This document shows, piece after piece, positions 1-9,858 of a DNA stretch of 64,000 nt (the stretch's first letter is position 1; each line of letters opens with the position of its first letter). The DNA comes from Spirochaetia bacterium. GTDB lineage: Bacteria > Spirochaetota > Spirochaetia > DSM-2461. Both the position numbers and the translations under genes were made by a program. Under the pieces are notes generated by a model. That model searched no databases. It was not told where the DNA came from and saw only the letters and a list, made by a program, of their open reading frames with translations. The DNA is taken from the NCBI GenBank assembly GCA_963668315.1, contig OY764216.1, positions 2,592,001-2,656,000 of the forward strand. Direction: 5' to 3'.

Positions 1-750
1 TCCCGGAACAAAGGAAAAATCACCGTACGCTATGAGCTGCTAATCGGCCGGGACGAGGTGGAGAATCTGCCCCTTTCGGAGATCAGAAAGCGCATGGAAA
101 GGGCCGGCGCCTACGATGAGTGGGCCCTGAGCCGCAAGGAGGATTTCCGTTTTCCCGGCCGGAAAAGGGCGGAGAACTGCGAACTGGTCTGCTTTACCTG
201 CCCTGGCTGTCACTCGGTAAATACCATACGCTCCGGGGGGAATGATTTCCGCTGCTCCCATTGTGGTCTGGAAGGGCGCGTGGATGACCGCATGCGGTTC
301 ATCTGGCCGGAGGGGAGCCGGGCGGTCCTTCCGGTAGACAGGAGATTCGAAACCGTCAGGGAATGGAATCTCTGGCAGATCGCCTATTATCGGGGGATAA
401 TAGACGGCGGTGATTTTTCCGGGCATCTCTTCTGGGAAAACCGGGGAACGGTGAAACTGACCCGGGGGAAAAAGGGGCGTTCCATGCAGAACGAAGGCAT
501 CGGCACGGCCCGGTTTTTCGGCGACCGGATCGAGTTTGAATCGGAGAAAAAATCTTTGGTGATGCCTTTGGATGAGATTGTCGGCTTCAGCGTATTCAAG
601 CAGTTTTATACGGAATTCTACCATGACCATCTCCTCTACAGATTCACTTTCACCGAAAGATCCGTGTCGGGATATAAATGGTTGATGCTTTTCAGACTAA
701 TATCGGAATATAACAGGGAGAGAGACCGGAACGGTGTTTCGGAAGGGTGA
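1..750 (+). CDS. Lysophospholipid acyltransferase-family protein, C-terminal part (5' truncated by window edge)
   Basis: Frame is open from base 1. It parallels the next gene: RAENCELVCFTCPGC vs RAENMELTLFTCPQC, and SVFKQ..EFYH..SGYKW in both. Confidence 0.75.
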   Translation, partial: SRNKGKITVRYELLIGRDEVENLPLSEIRKRMERAGAYDEWALSRKEDFRFPGRKRAENCELVCFTCPGCHSVNTIRSGGNDFRCSHCGLEGRVDDRMRFIWPEGSRAVLPVDRRFETVREWNLWQIAYYRGIIDGGDFSGHLFWENRGTVKLTRGKKGRSMQNEGIGTARFFGDRIEFESEKKSLVMPLDEIVGFSVFKQFYTEFYHDHLLYRFTFTERSVSGYKWLMLFRLISEYNRERDRNGVSEG

Positions 751-1991
751 GTATGGGGAACAGCAACGCAGTATTGGTAATCAGGCGGATATCGCAGGCG
801 ATCGTATATAATCTGGCGAGGCTCATTGTGCTCATCCCGTTTTTCATTATTTTCAAGGTTAAGATTTCCTGGTCCCGTGACTACAGGAAAATACGAGGTC
901 CCTACGTGGTTTTCGGCCAGCATCAGCTGGCCTGGGATCCGGTTCTGATTACCCTGGGGGGAAAGCATGCTCCCCACTGGGTCGCCACCGATGCCATATT
1001 CCGTAAAAAGGGGCTCGGATGGATCATGAGGAACCTGTGCGCCTGCATTCCCACCACGAAGAATATGTCCGATATGGAGACGATCAAGCTGATACGCATG
1101 TTTGCTGCCCTCGGCGGCCGTATCGGGATTTTCCCCGAGGGACAGCAGACCTGGGACGGGCGGGGGCTTCCCCCCGTACCGGGAACGGCCAAGCTGCTCC
1201 GTTTTCTCAAGCTGCCCGTGGTTTTCGTCTATTCCGAGGGTGCCTATCTCTCCAAAGCCCGCTGGAACTGGGGCCATAACCGAAGGCCCATCTACCTGCG
1301 CTATGAAGTGGGAATCACCGGTGAAGAGATCGCTTCCATGAAACTTTCCGAGATAGAGTACCGGCTGAACCGCTTTCTCGATTATGATGAGTATGCCGTT
1401 CAGAAAGAGAAGATGGTTCCCCTTTCCGGAGAGAAACGGGCCGAAAACATGGAGCTTACCCTGTTCACCTGTCCCCAGTGTGAAAAAATGGGTACCCTGG
1501 CTTCCGAAGGAAACCGCCTGGGCTGTACGTCCTGCGGTTTCCATGTGGATGTGGACCGCTACGGGTTCTTCGACTGGGGCGAGGGAAAAAAGTACTTCGA
1601 GTATATGTACCACTGGAATGAGTGGCAGCAGAAGCATCTCAGGGATATGGCCTTTGAGGCTCTGGAAGAAAAGAGTGCCAAACCTCTGCTGGAAGACAGC
1701 GATGTCTGGCTGAGAACGGGACATAGGCGGAGGCCTCTGGCCCGGGTCGCCAACGGAAGTACCCGGTTCTATACGGACCGAATCGAGTTCATTCCCGCCG
1801 AGGGGGAGCCGATCACCTTCATCCTGAGCGGGATTACGGGCTTGAATGTCTTCAAGCAGCATTTCCTTGAGTTCCACTATAAGCAGAAGCTGTACCGGCT
1901 GGACTTTGAGGGAAAATCCACCTCGGGATACAAGTGGATGTGCCTTTTCTATATACTGCTGGCTCTTGGTAAGGACGTGAAGGTTCTATAA
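747..1991 (+). CDS. 1-acyl-sn-glycerol-3-phosphate acyltransferase (PlsC-like) with C-terminal Cys4 zinc-ribbon extension
   Basis: HQLAWD (HxxxxD) and IFPEGQQTWDG acyltransferase motifs; CPQC...CTSC. Confidence 0.8.
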   Translation: MSMGNSNAVLVIRRISQAIVYNLARLIVLIPFFIIFKVKISWSRDYRKIRGPYVVFGQHQLAWDPVLITLGGKHAPHWVATDAIFRKKGLGWIMRNLCACIPTTKNMSDMETIKLIRMFAALGGRIGIFPEGQQTWDGRGLPPVPGTAKLLRFLKLPVVFVYSEGAYLSKARWNWGHNRRPIYLRYEVGITGEEIASMKLSEIEYRLNRFLDYDEYAVQKEKMVPLSGEKRAENMELTLFTCPQCEKMGTLASEGNRLGCTSCGFHVDVDRYGFFDWGEGKKYFEYMYHWNEWQQKHLRDMAFEALEEKSAKPLLEDSDVWLRTGHRRRPLARVANGSTRFYTDRIEFIPAEGEPITFILSGITGLNVFKQHFLEFHYKQKLYRLDFEGKSTSGYKWMCLFYILLALGKDVKVL

Positions 1992-3224
1992 CGGGCGGGC
2001 AATTTTAGCCAGTTTCCTGTGGTAGGTCTCCAGCATATCCTTTTCGAAGGCCTCGTTAGAAGGGTAGCTGCGGCCGAAAACCGGTTCCCATAGGGCCATG
2101 TCCTCCATGCAGAGATAGAAAAAGAGATCCTTACCGTGCCATTCGCCGAAGGAATCATAGGCATGGCGGAAGAGCTGTTCCTTGATTTCCAGGGGATAGG
2201 AAAACTTGCCCGCCGTCTCTTCCAGGGGCATTCTGAGTATCTGGCTGGAAAAGGAGCGGCTGCGGATCTTTTTCAGGACGGGTTTTATGAAAGTGAGGGT
2301 GCCGAAGGAGATCTGAACCAGTTCTTCCGGTGAAAAGAGGGAAACGACCTTTTCAAAAAGAGCGGAGTAATCTTCTTTCCAGTTCCTGTAATACACCATG
2401 GGATGGAAATGAAACCCCACGGGCAGATTCATATCGGCGGCGGTCCTGGCTGCCTTCATCCGTCTTTCCAGGGTGGCCGTGCCCCTTTCCTCGTTTTTAA
2501 TGACCGCCGGAGGGTTCAGGGACCAGGTAAAAAGAATATTGGGAGGAATCGCTTCCCGGTTATCTGTTATCCAGCCCAGGTTGTCCGATTTGCTTTTCAT
2601 CTCCAGTATGACCTGGGGGTTACGCCGTGCGAAGCGAGCCAGTTCTTCAAGGAGTCCCTGGCCGTTTCCTGTGGGATGATTCCCCCACATAAGGGAATCG
2701 GAAGACTGACCCGTGCCTATATGGTAGATCTTATCCTTCACAAGGGTCTTTTCCAGATCTTCGAGTTTTTCCCGGAGATTCCCGTGAAAAGATATTTTCC
2801 CCTGGGAATAAAAGGACTGGATGGAACAGTAGGAGCAGTCGAATCCGCACCGGAAGACCGCATCAAGGGTCATCAGATTACAGCATCTGGTCTTTTCCGA
2901 GGCCACAGGACAGGAACCCAGTATATTTCTTGTATCCTCTATCCTCTCAAATTCCGTTTTTGCGGGAGAAAAGGGCTTTCTGTCCTCCGGCCAGAGGGGA
3001 CCGTCTTTCTTGGCCCGGAGCCACTTTTCTTCAATGGGAGCCAGCGCAGCCTTTCGCAGATCCTTTCCTTTCAGTTTTTCGGAAGGAGTCCTCCACCAAT
3101 CCCGCAGGGGGGGGAAATCCCACTGGGCCAGTTCTCCCAGCCAGAGTTTAAGTTTTTCCTGTTCTCCGAAGGTAAAAGGGTAGAGGGGCAAAAGGTATTC
3201 AAGGTCTTCCTTAACATCTCGCAT
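1986..3224 (-). CDS. Spore photoproduct lyase-like radical SAM protein
   Basis: CGFDCSYC radical SAM motif, GTGQSSDSL, WSLNP, GFHFHP. Start moved to the ATG at 3224. Confidence 0.8.
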   Translation of the reverse strand: MRDVKEDLEYLLPLYPFTFGEQEKLKLWLGELAQWDFPPLRDWWRTPSEKLKGKDLRKAALAPIEEKWLRAKKDGPLWPEDRKPFSPAKTEFERIEDTRNILGSCPVASEKTRCCNLMTLDAVFRCGFDCSYCSIQSFYSQGKISFHGNLREKLEDLEKTLVKDKIYHIGTGQSSDSLMWGNHPTGNGQGLLEELARFARRNPQVILEMKSKSDNLGWITDNREAIPPNILFTWSLNPPAVIKNEERGTATLERRMKAARTAADMNLPVGFHFHPMVYYRNWKEDYSALFEKVVSLFSPEELVQISFGTLTFIKPVLKKIRSRSFSSQILRMPLEETAGKFSYPLEIKEQLFRHAYDSFGEWHGKDLFFYLCMEDMALWEPVFGRSYPSNEAFEKDMLETYHRKLAKIARPL

Positions 3225-3412
3225 GGCCCCAGTGTAGTCAATCCGGCCTATCCCTTCAAGGGGAAAAAGAGCCGCCGGGCACATTTGCCCCCGGGCCGGC
3301 CGGGGAAGCTTCCGTTTATATTTGGACTTTTATATATAAATGTGTTAAATTTGAAGATAGGGAGGAGAGCGTGTTTGAATCTATACATGAACACCTCTGA
3401 CTAAGTTAAAAA

Positions 3413-4048
3413 ATGCCTTTGGAAATTCAGTTTTTAGGAAATTCATCATTCGCGATAATAGGGGGAGCCGCTGTCTACATTGATCCCTGGAGGCTGGGAC
3501 AGCTGGAGATAGGCGCGGATTTCATTCTCGTCAGCCATGATCACCATCACCATTTCTCTCCCATGGATATTGAGAGAATCGGCGTGCCGAGCACCCGGGT
3601 ACTGGGCCCCTCCCAGGTCATAGAGAGTCTGGAAAACGGACAGGGCAAGGTTCTTCTGCCGGACAGGGAAATCCTGGATACCCATGTCAGAATCAAAGGG
3701 GTCCCCGCCTATAACCGCCGTTCGGAAAGGCACAAGAAGAGCGACAAGGGATTGGGCTTTATTATTGAGATCCGCGGCAAGAGGATCTACTATGCCGGAG
3801 ATACGGACTATATCGCCGAGATGGAGAACCTCGGACCGATAGATGTCGCCCTGCTTCCCGTGGGAGGCGGATCCGTTATGGGAGTAAGAGAAGCAGTTCA
3901 GGCCGTCAAGGTCATTAAGCCTAAATTGGTAATACCCTACCATTACGGAGACAGCGAGTCGACCATGCTTGCCGGAGAGTCCTTCGCGTCCCAGGCTAAC
4001 TGTATTGTCAGGGTTCTGATTCCCGGCGACAAGGTTACGCTGGTTTAG
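3413..4048 (+). CDS. MBL-fold metallo-hydrolase
   Basis: YIDPW, SHDHHHH, YYAGDT, LLPVGG, IPYHYG. Confidence 0.85.
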   Translation: MPLEIQFLGNSSFAIIGGAAVYIDPWRLGQLEIGADFILVSHDHHHHFSPMDIERIGVPSTRVLGPSQVIESLENGQGKVLLPDREILDTHVRIKGVPAYNRRSERHKKSDKGLGFIIEIRGKRIYYAGDTDYIAEMENLGPIDVALLPVGGGSVMGVREAVQAVKVIKPKLVIPYHYGDSESTMLAGESFASQANCIVRVLIPGDKVTLV

Positions 4049-4054
4049 AGCGCT

Positions 4055-4633
4055 ATGTCGGAACTGTTAACTCATTTTAAAAAAAATCCCCTTATGGCAG
4101 CCTGTAATCTGGATAACATGGAAGAAGCCGCCGGCAGCAGAGCGTCAATCATCCTGCTCATGAAGTGCTCCCTCAATCAGCTGATCAAGCCGGATTTTCC
4201 GGGAAAATGCGGGGACAAACCTCTATTCCTCCATGCCGATATGATCAAAGGGCTGTCGGGGGACAGGGAGTCGATACGATTCCTCCGGGATTTCATCCGT
4301 CCCGCCGGTCTCGTTTCCACCCGGGGGAATCTTATCCGCAATGCCAAGAAGGAAGGGTTCACGGTAATACAGCGTGTATTTCTCATAGACCATTCGTCCC
4401 TGGAAAATTCTCTGGAATCCATAAGGGATAACAAGCCCGACGGGGTGGAGCTGATGCCCGGTATCGCCCTGGATATCATTGAGCGGGTAAGGGGCGAGAT
4501 CGATTGCCCCCTTATCGCCTCCGGACTGATCAGCGAGCGGAAGCAGGTCGTCAATGCACTTAACAGGGGTGTTCAGGCCGTTTCCATGAGCCGCAGCGAA
4601 CTGTGGCATGAAGATTTTAGCCATATGGCTTAG
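4055..4633 (+). CDS. glpP: Glycerol-3-phosphate-responsive antiterminator
   Basis: FLHADMIKGL, IQRVFLIDHSSL, PDGVELMPG, LIASGLI motifs of the GlpP family. Confidence 0.85.
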   Translation: MSELLTHFKKNPLMAACNLDNMEEAAGSRASIILLMKCSLNQLIKPDFPGKCGDKPLFLHADMIKGLSGDRESIRFLRDFIRPAGLVSTRGNLIRNAKKEGFTVIQRVFLIDHSSLENSLESIRDNKPDGVELMPGIALDIIERVRGEIDCPLIASGLISERKQVVNALNRGVQAVSMSRSELWHEDFSHMA

Positions 4634-5431
4634 TTATTTCATTCCCGTAATGACAAACGATTCGGTAAATCTTTTCTGAAAAGCGAGAAAGAGAATGAGA
4701 AGGGGCAGTACGGCTATCAGAGTTCCGGCGGAAAGCACAGACCAGTCCACTCCCGATTCGGGGGCGGCGAAAATGGCCAGTCCCACGGTGAGAGGGCGGA
4801 CTCTGACCGAATTGGTGATGATGAGGGGCCACAGGAAATCGTTCCAGTGGTGGCTCACCGATACGAGCCCGTATGCGAGAAAGGTGGATTTGGAAAGGGG
4901 AATGAATATTCTCAGGAGTATTCCCACCCGCCCGCAGCCGTCGATAATGGCAGCTTCCTCCAAATCACGGGGGATGGTTTTAAAGCTTTGCCGCAAAAGG
5001 AAAATCCCGAAGGCGCTGGCGATATAGGGGAGAGCAATCCCGCGGATCGTATCGGTCAGATGGAGAAAGGAGATGGTGCGGTAGTTCTGGACGATGAGTA
5101 TTTCCGGCGTGATCAGAAGCTGAATCATCACAAGAGCGAAGGCTATCTCCCTGCCCTTGAATTCGAAGCGGGCGAAGGCATAGGCCGCCAGGGAGCAGAT
5201 GATGAACTGACCGGTGACGACTCCCATTACCAGAACTGTCGTGTTGAAGGTATACCGCAAAAAGGGAGCGTACTCCAGGGCCTTGAGTATATTGTCTCCC
5301 GTAATGTGAAAGGCGAACGCGGGGGACGTCACATACTCCGCAGGACAGAAGGCGGCCCAGATAGTAAACATCAGCGGAATGAGCCAGAGAATTCCCGCCG
5401 ATATAATCAGAATCATAGCGTATTTTTTCAT
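4634..5431 (-). CDS. Carbohydrate ABC permease (UgpE-like)
   Basis: EAA loop LEEAAIIDG, WNDFLWPL, multiple TM segments. Confidence 0.9.
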   Translation of the reverse strand: MKKYAMILIISAGILWLIPLMFTIWAAFCPAEYVTSPAFAFHITGDNILKALEYAPFLRYTFNTTVLVMGVVTGQFIICSLAAYAFARFEFKGREIAFALVMIQLLITPEILIVQNYRTISFLHLTDTIRGIALPYIASAFGIFLLRQSFKTIPRDLEEAAIIDGCGRVGILLRIFIPLSKSTFLAYGLVSVSHHWNDFLWPLIITNSVRVRPLTVGLAIFAAPESGVDWSVLSAGTLIAVLPLLILFLAFQKRFTESFVITGMK

Positions 5432-6306
5432 GAATAGTGTACCCTTTTCTCCATAACGGACATATTGAAGTAGGAGATTCCTCCCAGTATTAAAAGAAGT
5501 ATGACGGCCAGGGCCCCCGCATAGGATGTATCGAGGAAGGAGAAGGCCGATTCGTAGATGTAGTAAAGCAGCATATTTGTCGCGTTGTTGGGCCCACCCT
5601 TTGTCAGGATGAAAAGCTGGTCCACTCTCTTGAAGGCATTGAGAGTGGCATTGATCAATACGAAGAGAGTGGTGGGGGTCAAAAGGGGTAGGGTTATGGA
5701 CCGGAAAATACGAAAGGGGCCGGCTCCCTCCATGCCAGCGGCTTCGGCGTATTGGGCCGGAATCCCCTGTAAGGCGGCCAGATAGAAAACCATGAAAAAC
5801 CCCGATTCCTTCCAGACGGCCAGAATCATCATGGCGGGAAGGGCCGTTCGGGTATCCCCCAGCCAGTTGGGGCCGGGAATCCCTATGAGGGAAAGGGAAC
5901 GGTTCACAAAGCCGATCTCCGGGGTGTAAAAAAAGAGCCAGATATTGGCCGCCGCCACCATGGGCAGAATGGTGGGCGTGAAAAAGGAAAGCCTCACGGC
6001 TCCCCGGAAGGGAAGATTCCCGTTTACCGCCAGGGCCATGGCCAGCGCCAGGGCGACCGAGGGGATAACGGTAAACAGGGCGTAAAGGAGATTATTCGCC
6101 AGGGCTTTCTGAAATACCGGATCTCCCGCCAGGGTCGCATAGTTTTCCAGCCCCAGGAAGCGGGAAGGCCTCATCGCCGTTCCCGGATCGTAAACGGAGG
6201 AGAACAAAGTCGCCAGAATAGGCCAGTGGGTAAAAGTTAGCAAGAGCATCAGGGCGGGCGTGATGAGCAGCCAGCCCAACAGGGATTCTCTGTTCTTCTT
6301 CGTCAT
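5428..6306 (-). CDS. Carbohydrate ABC permease (UgpA-like)
   Basis: FLGLENY, YLAALQGIP..EAAGMEGA, TKGGP. Confidence 0.9.
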   Translation of the reverse strand: MTKKNRESLLGWLLITPALMLLLTFTHWPILATLFSSVYDPGTAMRPSRFLGLENYATLAGDPVFQKALANNLLYALFTVIPSVALALAMALAVNGNLPFRGAVRLSFFTPTILPMVAAANIWLFFYTPEIGFVNRSLSLIGIPGPNWLGDTRTALPAMMILAVWKESGFFMVFYLAALQGIPAQYAEAAGMEGAGPFRIFRSITLPLLTPTTLFVLINATLNAFKRVDQLFILTKGGPNNATNMLLYYIYESAFSFLDTSYAGALAVILLLILGGISYFNMSVMEKRVHYS

Positions 6307-6317
6307 AAGCGATTCTC

Positions 6318-7616
6318 CTAGCGGTAGGGCTTAAGCAGTTTGTCCGCTTCTTCCTGGGCGTTTGCCAGTGCCGATTCGGGAGTCTCCGCACCGGTCAAAG
6401 CGGCCTGGATCGCATCGTCGAGGAGCTTTCTCACGCGGCCCGTCTGGAATGTGGAAAGTTCGGCCGTGGCATACTCCAGCTGATCCCGTGCGACCTGAGC
6501 GGCGGGAAAACCGGCGGTGTATTCCGTGAGTGCCTCCGTATTATAGGCGGCGGGGCTGATTCCCATATATCCGGTCTTCTGACTCCAGAGAGCGGAGTTT
6601 TCCGGTGATGTCATATAGCGGATAAGTTTGACGGAAGCCCTTTTCTCCTCTTCGGTGGAGTTCTTGAACACGTAGAAATTGCCTCCTCCCGTGGGCGAGC
6701 CCCTTCTGACGGAAGAGGGCAGCATGGCGACTCCGAAGTCAAAGGAGGCGTTCTCCTTGACGGCTGTCAGATTTCCCGTTGAATGCCACATCATGGCGGT
6801 TTTCCCTTCGAGAAACTGCTGTCTGAGAGTTCCCCACTCGATGGTGCCCTCGGGCATGATCTTATGATCCCGGCCCAGGGAGAGCCAGAATTTCAGGGCG
6901 TCTACAACGGCGGGACGGTCAAAATAGGTTTCCGTGCCGTCGCCGCTCATAAGGACCTGGTTATTTTCCATGGCCAGGGCTCCGAACATCCAGTAGGGAT
7001 AACCGGTCGAGGGAATCATGAGACCCCAGCGGCTTCCGTCGGCCTTTGTCAGCGCCTTGCCCATGGAGATCATTTCATCCCAGTTCGCGGGAGGTGTTTC
7101 GGGGTCAAGTCCCGCGTCACGGAAGGCGTCTTTGTTGTAGTACATGACGATGGTGGATCTCTGGAAGGGAATTCCCCAGGTCTTTCCTTTGTATTGTCCG
7201 TTTTCCATAAGGGCGGGATAGAAGGAGTTAAGCCAGGCTTTCTCCTCATCGGTTTTCACGATGTCATCGAAGGGAACGATCACATCCTTCTCCATGAGAT
7301 CATAGATATCAATGGAAAAAAGAACGGAAAGCTGGGCGGGCTTGCCGCTTTCCAGGGCCGCCAGGGCTTTGATGCGGGCATCATTGTAATTTCCCGCATA
7401 GATGGCATTTACCTTGATGTCCGGATTCTCCGCCATAAATCCGTTTACCATTCCGTCAATAACTTCGGTTAAGGGACCGCCCACGGAAATGGGGTAGTAC
7501 ATGGTCAGTTCAACAGGACCGGTCGGAAGGGATTCGCCCTTTTCCTGATTTCCATTAGCCCATAATCCGATGGTCAAGATCATGAGAATTGTCAGAATCA
7601 TACTTCTCTTAAACAT
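6318..7616 (-). CDS. ABC substrate-binding protein (UgpB-like, glycerol-phosphate/glycerophosphodiester)
   Basis: Signal peptide; IPFQRSTIVMYYNKDAF and SPTGGGN. GAGGAG RBS precedes the ATG at 7616. Confidence 0.85.
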   Translation of the reverse strand: MFKRSMILTILMILTIGLWANGNQEKGESLPTGPVELTMYYPISVGGPLTEVIDGMVNGFMAENPDIKVNAIYAGNYNDARIKALAALESGKPAQLSVLFSIDIYDLMEKDVIVPFDDIVKTDEEKAWLNSFYPALMENGQYKGKTWGIPFQRSTIVMYYNKDAFRDAGLDPETPPANWDEMISMGKALTKADGSRWGLMIPSTGYPYWMFGALAMENNQVLMSGDGTETYFDRPAVVDALKFWLSLGRDHKIMPEGTIEWGTLRQQFLEGKTAMMWHSTGNLTAVKENASFDFGVAMLPSSVRRGSPTGGGNFYVFKNSTEEEKRASVKLIRYMTSPENSALWSQKTGYMGISPAAYNTEALTEYTAGFPAAQVARDQLEYATAELSTFQTGRVRKLLDDAIQAALTGAETPESALANAQEEADKLLKPYR

Positions 7617-7785
7617 ATTCACTCTCCTCAAATATTTTATCCCCGCTAAAAAGTGTTATCGCCGGGGACAGTACATAGTTATGGCAGAGCTGTTTTCCGT
7701 TTAGATTAGAAAAAAGGGAATTGATGATGGCCGTAGCAACCCCTTTCCTACAAGGGGAACAGAAGAGAAGCTCTGTTTACGGACA

Positions 7786-7813
7786 CGTTGGTTTTCTCAA
7801 TTCTCCACCAACG
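7786..7813 (-). promoter_or_regulatory. Candidate GlpP-binding RNA hairpin in the ABC operon leader
   Basis: Minus strand CGTTGGT-GGAGAATTGAGAAA-ACCAACG: a 7-bp stem enclosing GGAGA/GAGA. It resembles Bacillus glp leaders as recalled, and glpP is adjacent. Confidence 0.55.
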
Positions 7814-7910
7814 AACGAACCGTTTTATGAAAGCAATTATGAGGATCTCCCGTTCAGGAAACATGAAGGTCTTGTTAGGAAACGGTAAATCATAGGGGGG
7901 GTCGGACATA

Positions 7911-7943
7911 AAAAAAGGGCTGTCCGCTAAGGAGACAGCCCTT
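7911..7943 (-). terminator. Intrinsic terminator of the minus-strand PEPCK gene
   Basis: AAGGGCTGTC/GACAGCCCTT stem followed by a T-run on the minus strand. Confidence 0.8.
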
Positions 7944-7968
7944 GTCAATCAGGATAATCCCTTAGGAA

Positions 7969-9858
7969 TTAACCCTTGTAAGCTCCGGGAAGGATCTCGT
8001 CGCCGTACTTTTCCTTAACGGCTTTGTACTTGGCGATGGCAGCGTCCCAGTACTCGTTCAGCTCCGCGGGAACGTTGCTGTCCTTGCTGGCGAAGAATTT
8101 CTTGGTTCTTTCCAGTTTTTCGATCAGCTTGGTACAGCGGAAGGTGAAGAGGTAGTCGTACTTCTCTTTGGTGAAGCCTTCATTGGGAAGGAATTCCTTG
8201 AAGAGGGCGTCCAGATCTTCAAACTTGGGAATCTTGCCGGAGGGAGTATCGATCGCATCGTACTCGCCGTGGATTCTGCCTTCGGCCCAGTGTACCCATA
8301 CTTTCTTAGCCAGCTTGCTGGTCATGAATTCGCCCTTGGGGCCTCTCATGAAGTAGTTGGTGGAGAAAACTTTGGGCTCTTCCTTCATGCCTTCCACGAA
8401 TTTGATATTGTTCATGGTGTACTCGCCGAGGGGGTAGGAGACAAAGTCCATGTTGGCCATGGGAGAAGCGGCTCTGACACCTTCCGCACCGAGGGTAGCT
8501 GCGGTGGTTTCGGACTCGAGGGTACAGGCCTTGAGGAGAATACCGTCTTTCCAGCTGGGAGATTCTTCACAGGGTACGGATGTGTCACTGTCCCGTCCAC
8601 CGTAGAGAATTCCGGAAACCTTGACACCTTCCTTGGCTTCGAAACCTTCTTTGTCGTAGTTTTCGAGGTAGTCCAGTCTCATGGTGTAGCGGGAGTTGGG
8701 GTGGGCTACGCCGATTTCCTTGCCCGTGGCGTCCTTGTTGCCTTCGGCCCACTCACCGGAGTGGTTCATTCCGGTCTTGGGAGCTTCAACGCCCTGGCCG
8801 AGCCAGTAAGGCATCTTGTCGGGACCCTGGAGGATGTTGGAGAAGATAACTTCCTGGTTCTTCATGCAGTTCTCGAAGATGACCGGATCGTCCTCGGCGT
8901 TAACATCTTTGATGATGCCGAAGATACCCTGCTCTACGTTTACGGCGCGGAATTCGCCGTTGATATTTCTGGCGTAGATGATGTCGTCACCGACGATTTT
9001 TTCGCCGGGGATCATGGCCGTAGCGGTTTTACCGCAGGCGGAGGGGTAGGCGCCGGAGAAATAGGTTTTTCTTCCGCCCTTTCCGATACAGGCCATGAGG
9101 AACATGTGCTCGCAGAGCCAGCCCTCTTCTCCGGCCTTATTGATAGCCAGTCTCATGGCGTGCTTTTTCAGGCCGACGGAGTTTCCGGCGTACTGAGCGT
9201 TCATGGAGTAGACGATATTGTTCTGGGTGTCCATGTAGATCCGTCTTTTATCAAGATTGACGGAGCATCCTCTTTCATCGACTTTTCCGGCGGAGTGGAT
9301 GAAACGGAAAAAATCGTCACAGCCGGGATTCTTCAGGAAGTGGGTGTAACCGGCTCTGTAGAGAATGGTTTCGGAGTGGGTTACGTAGGAGGAGTCGGTG
9401 AACTGGATACAGGGGATGGTGAAGGGGGATTCGGCAGGTCCTTCGGTGAAGAACTTGACGTAGGCTTCCTTGCCTTCCATGTTGCCTTTGGCAATTCCCA
9501 TGATCTCTTCCAGGGCTTCGTCGTAGGGGAGGGAGTTCATGGCTTTCATCTTTTCCATGTTTTCGGGGTAAACCATGTACCGGGTGTTGACTTTGTCGCG
9601 GGCCTGATCGCCGTAGCCATCCCAGTGGATGGTCTGCTCGGAATGGGCCATAGGATGTTCTTCCCCGTTTTCCAGGGCGACTTTTCTGATGTAGGCTTCG
9701 TCTTCTGCACTGTCATCGCACACGTAAATTGAGGCGGGATTGCAGTGTTCGGCAAAGGAACCAATAAATTCCATAACCTTGTCGTTCTTAAGAGCTTCCA
9801 GTTTCGCAAAGCTCTTGCCACTCATTTTGCTTTTTAACAAATCGGTGTAATCAGCCAT
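7969..9858 (-). CDS. Phosphoenolpyruvate carboxykinase (GTP), divergent/archaeal-like clade
   Basis: YAGNSVGLKK, GWLCEHM, YPSACGKT, IVGDDI, HPNSRY, ILYGGR. Confidence 0.9.
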   Translation of the reverse strand: MADYTDLLKSKMSGKSFAKLEALKNDKVMEFIGSFAEHCNPASIYVCDDSAEDEAYIRKVALENGEEHPMAHSEQTIHWDGYGDQARDKVNTRYMVYPENMEKMKAMNSLPYDEALEEIMGIAKGNMEGKEAYVKFFTEGPAESPFTIPCIQFTDSSYVTHSETILYRAGYTHFLKNPGCDDFFRFIHSAGKVDERGCSVNLDKRRIYMDTQNNIVYSMNAQYAGNSVGLKKHAMRLAINKAGEEGWLCEHMFLMACIGKGGRKTYFSGAYPSACGKTATAMIPGEKIVGDDIIYARNINGEFRAVNVEQGIFGIIKDVNAEDDPVIFENCMKNQEVIFSNILQGPDKMPYWLGQGVEAPKTGMNHSGEWAEGNKDATGKEIGVAHPNSRYTMRLDYLENYDKEGFEAKEGVKVSGILYGGRDSDTSVPCEESPSWKDGILLKACTLESETTAATLGAEGVRAASPMANMDFVSYPLGEYTMNNIKFVEGMKEEPKVFSTNYFMRGPKGEFMTSKLAKKVWVHWAEGRIHGEYDAIDTPSGKIPKFEDLDALFKEFLPNEGFTKEKYDYLFTFRCTKLIEKLERTKKFFASKDSNVPAELNEYWDAAIAKYKAVKEKYGDEILPGAYKG

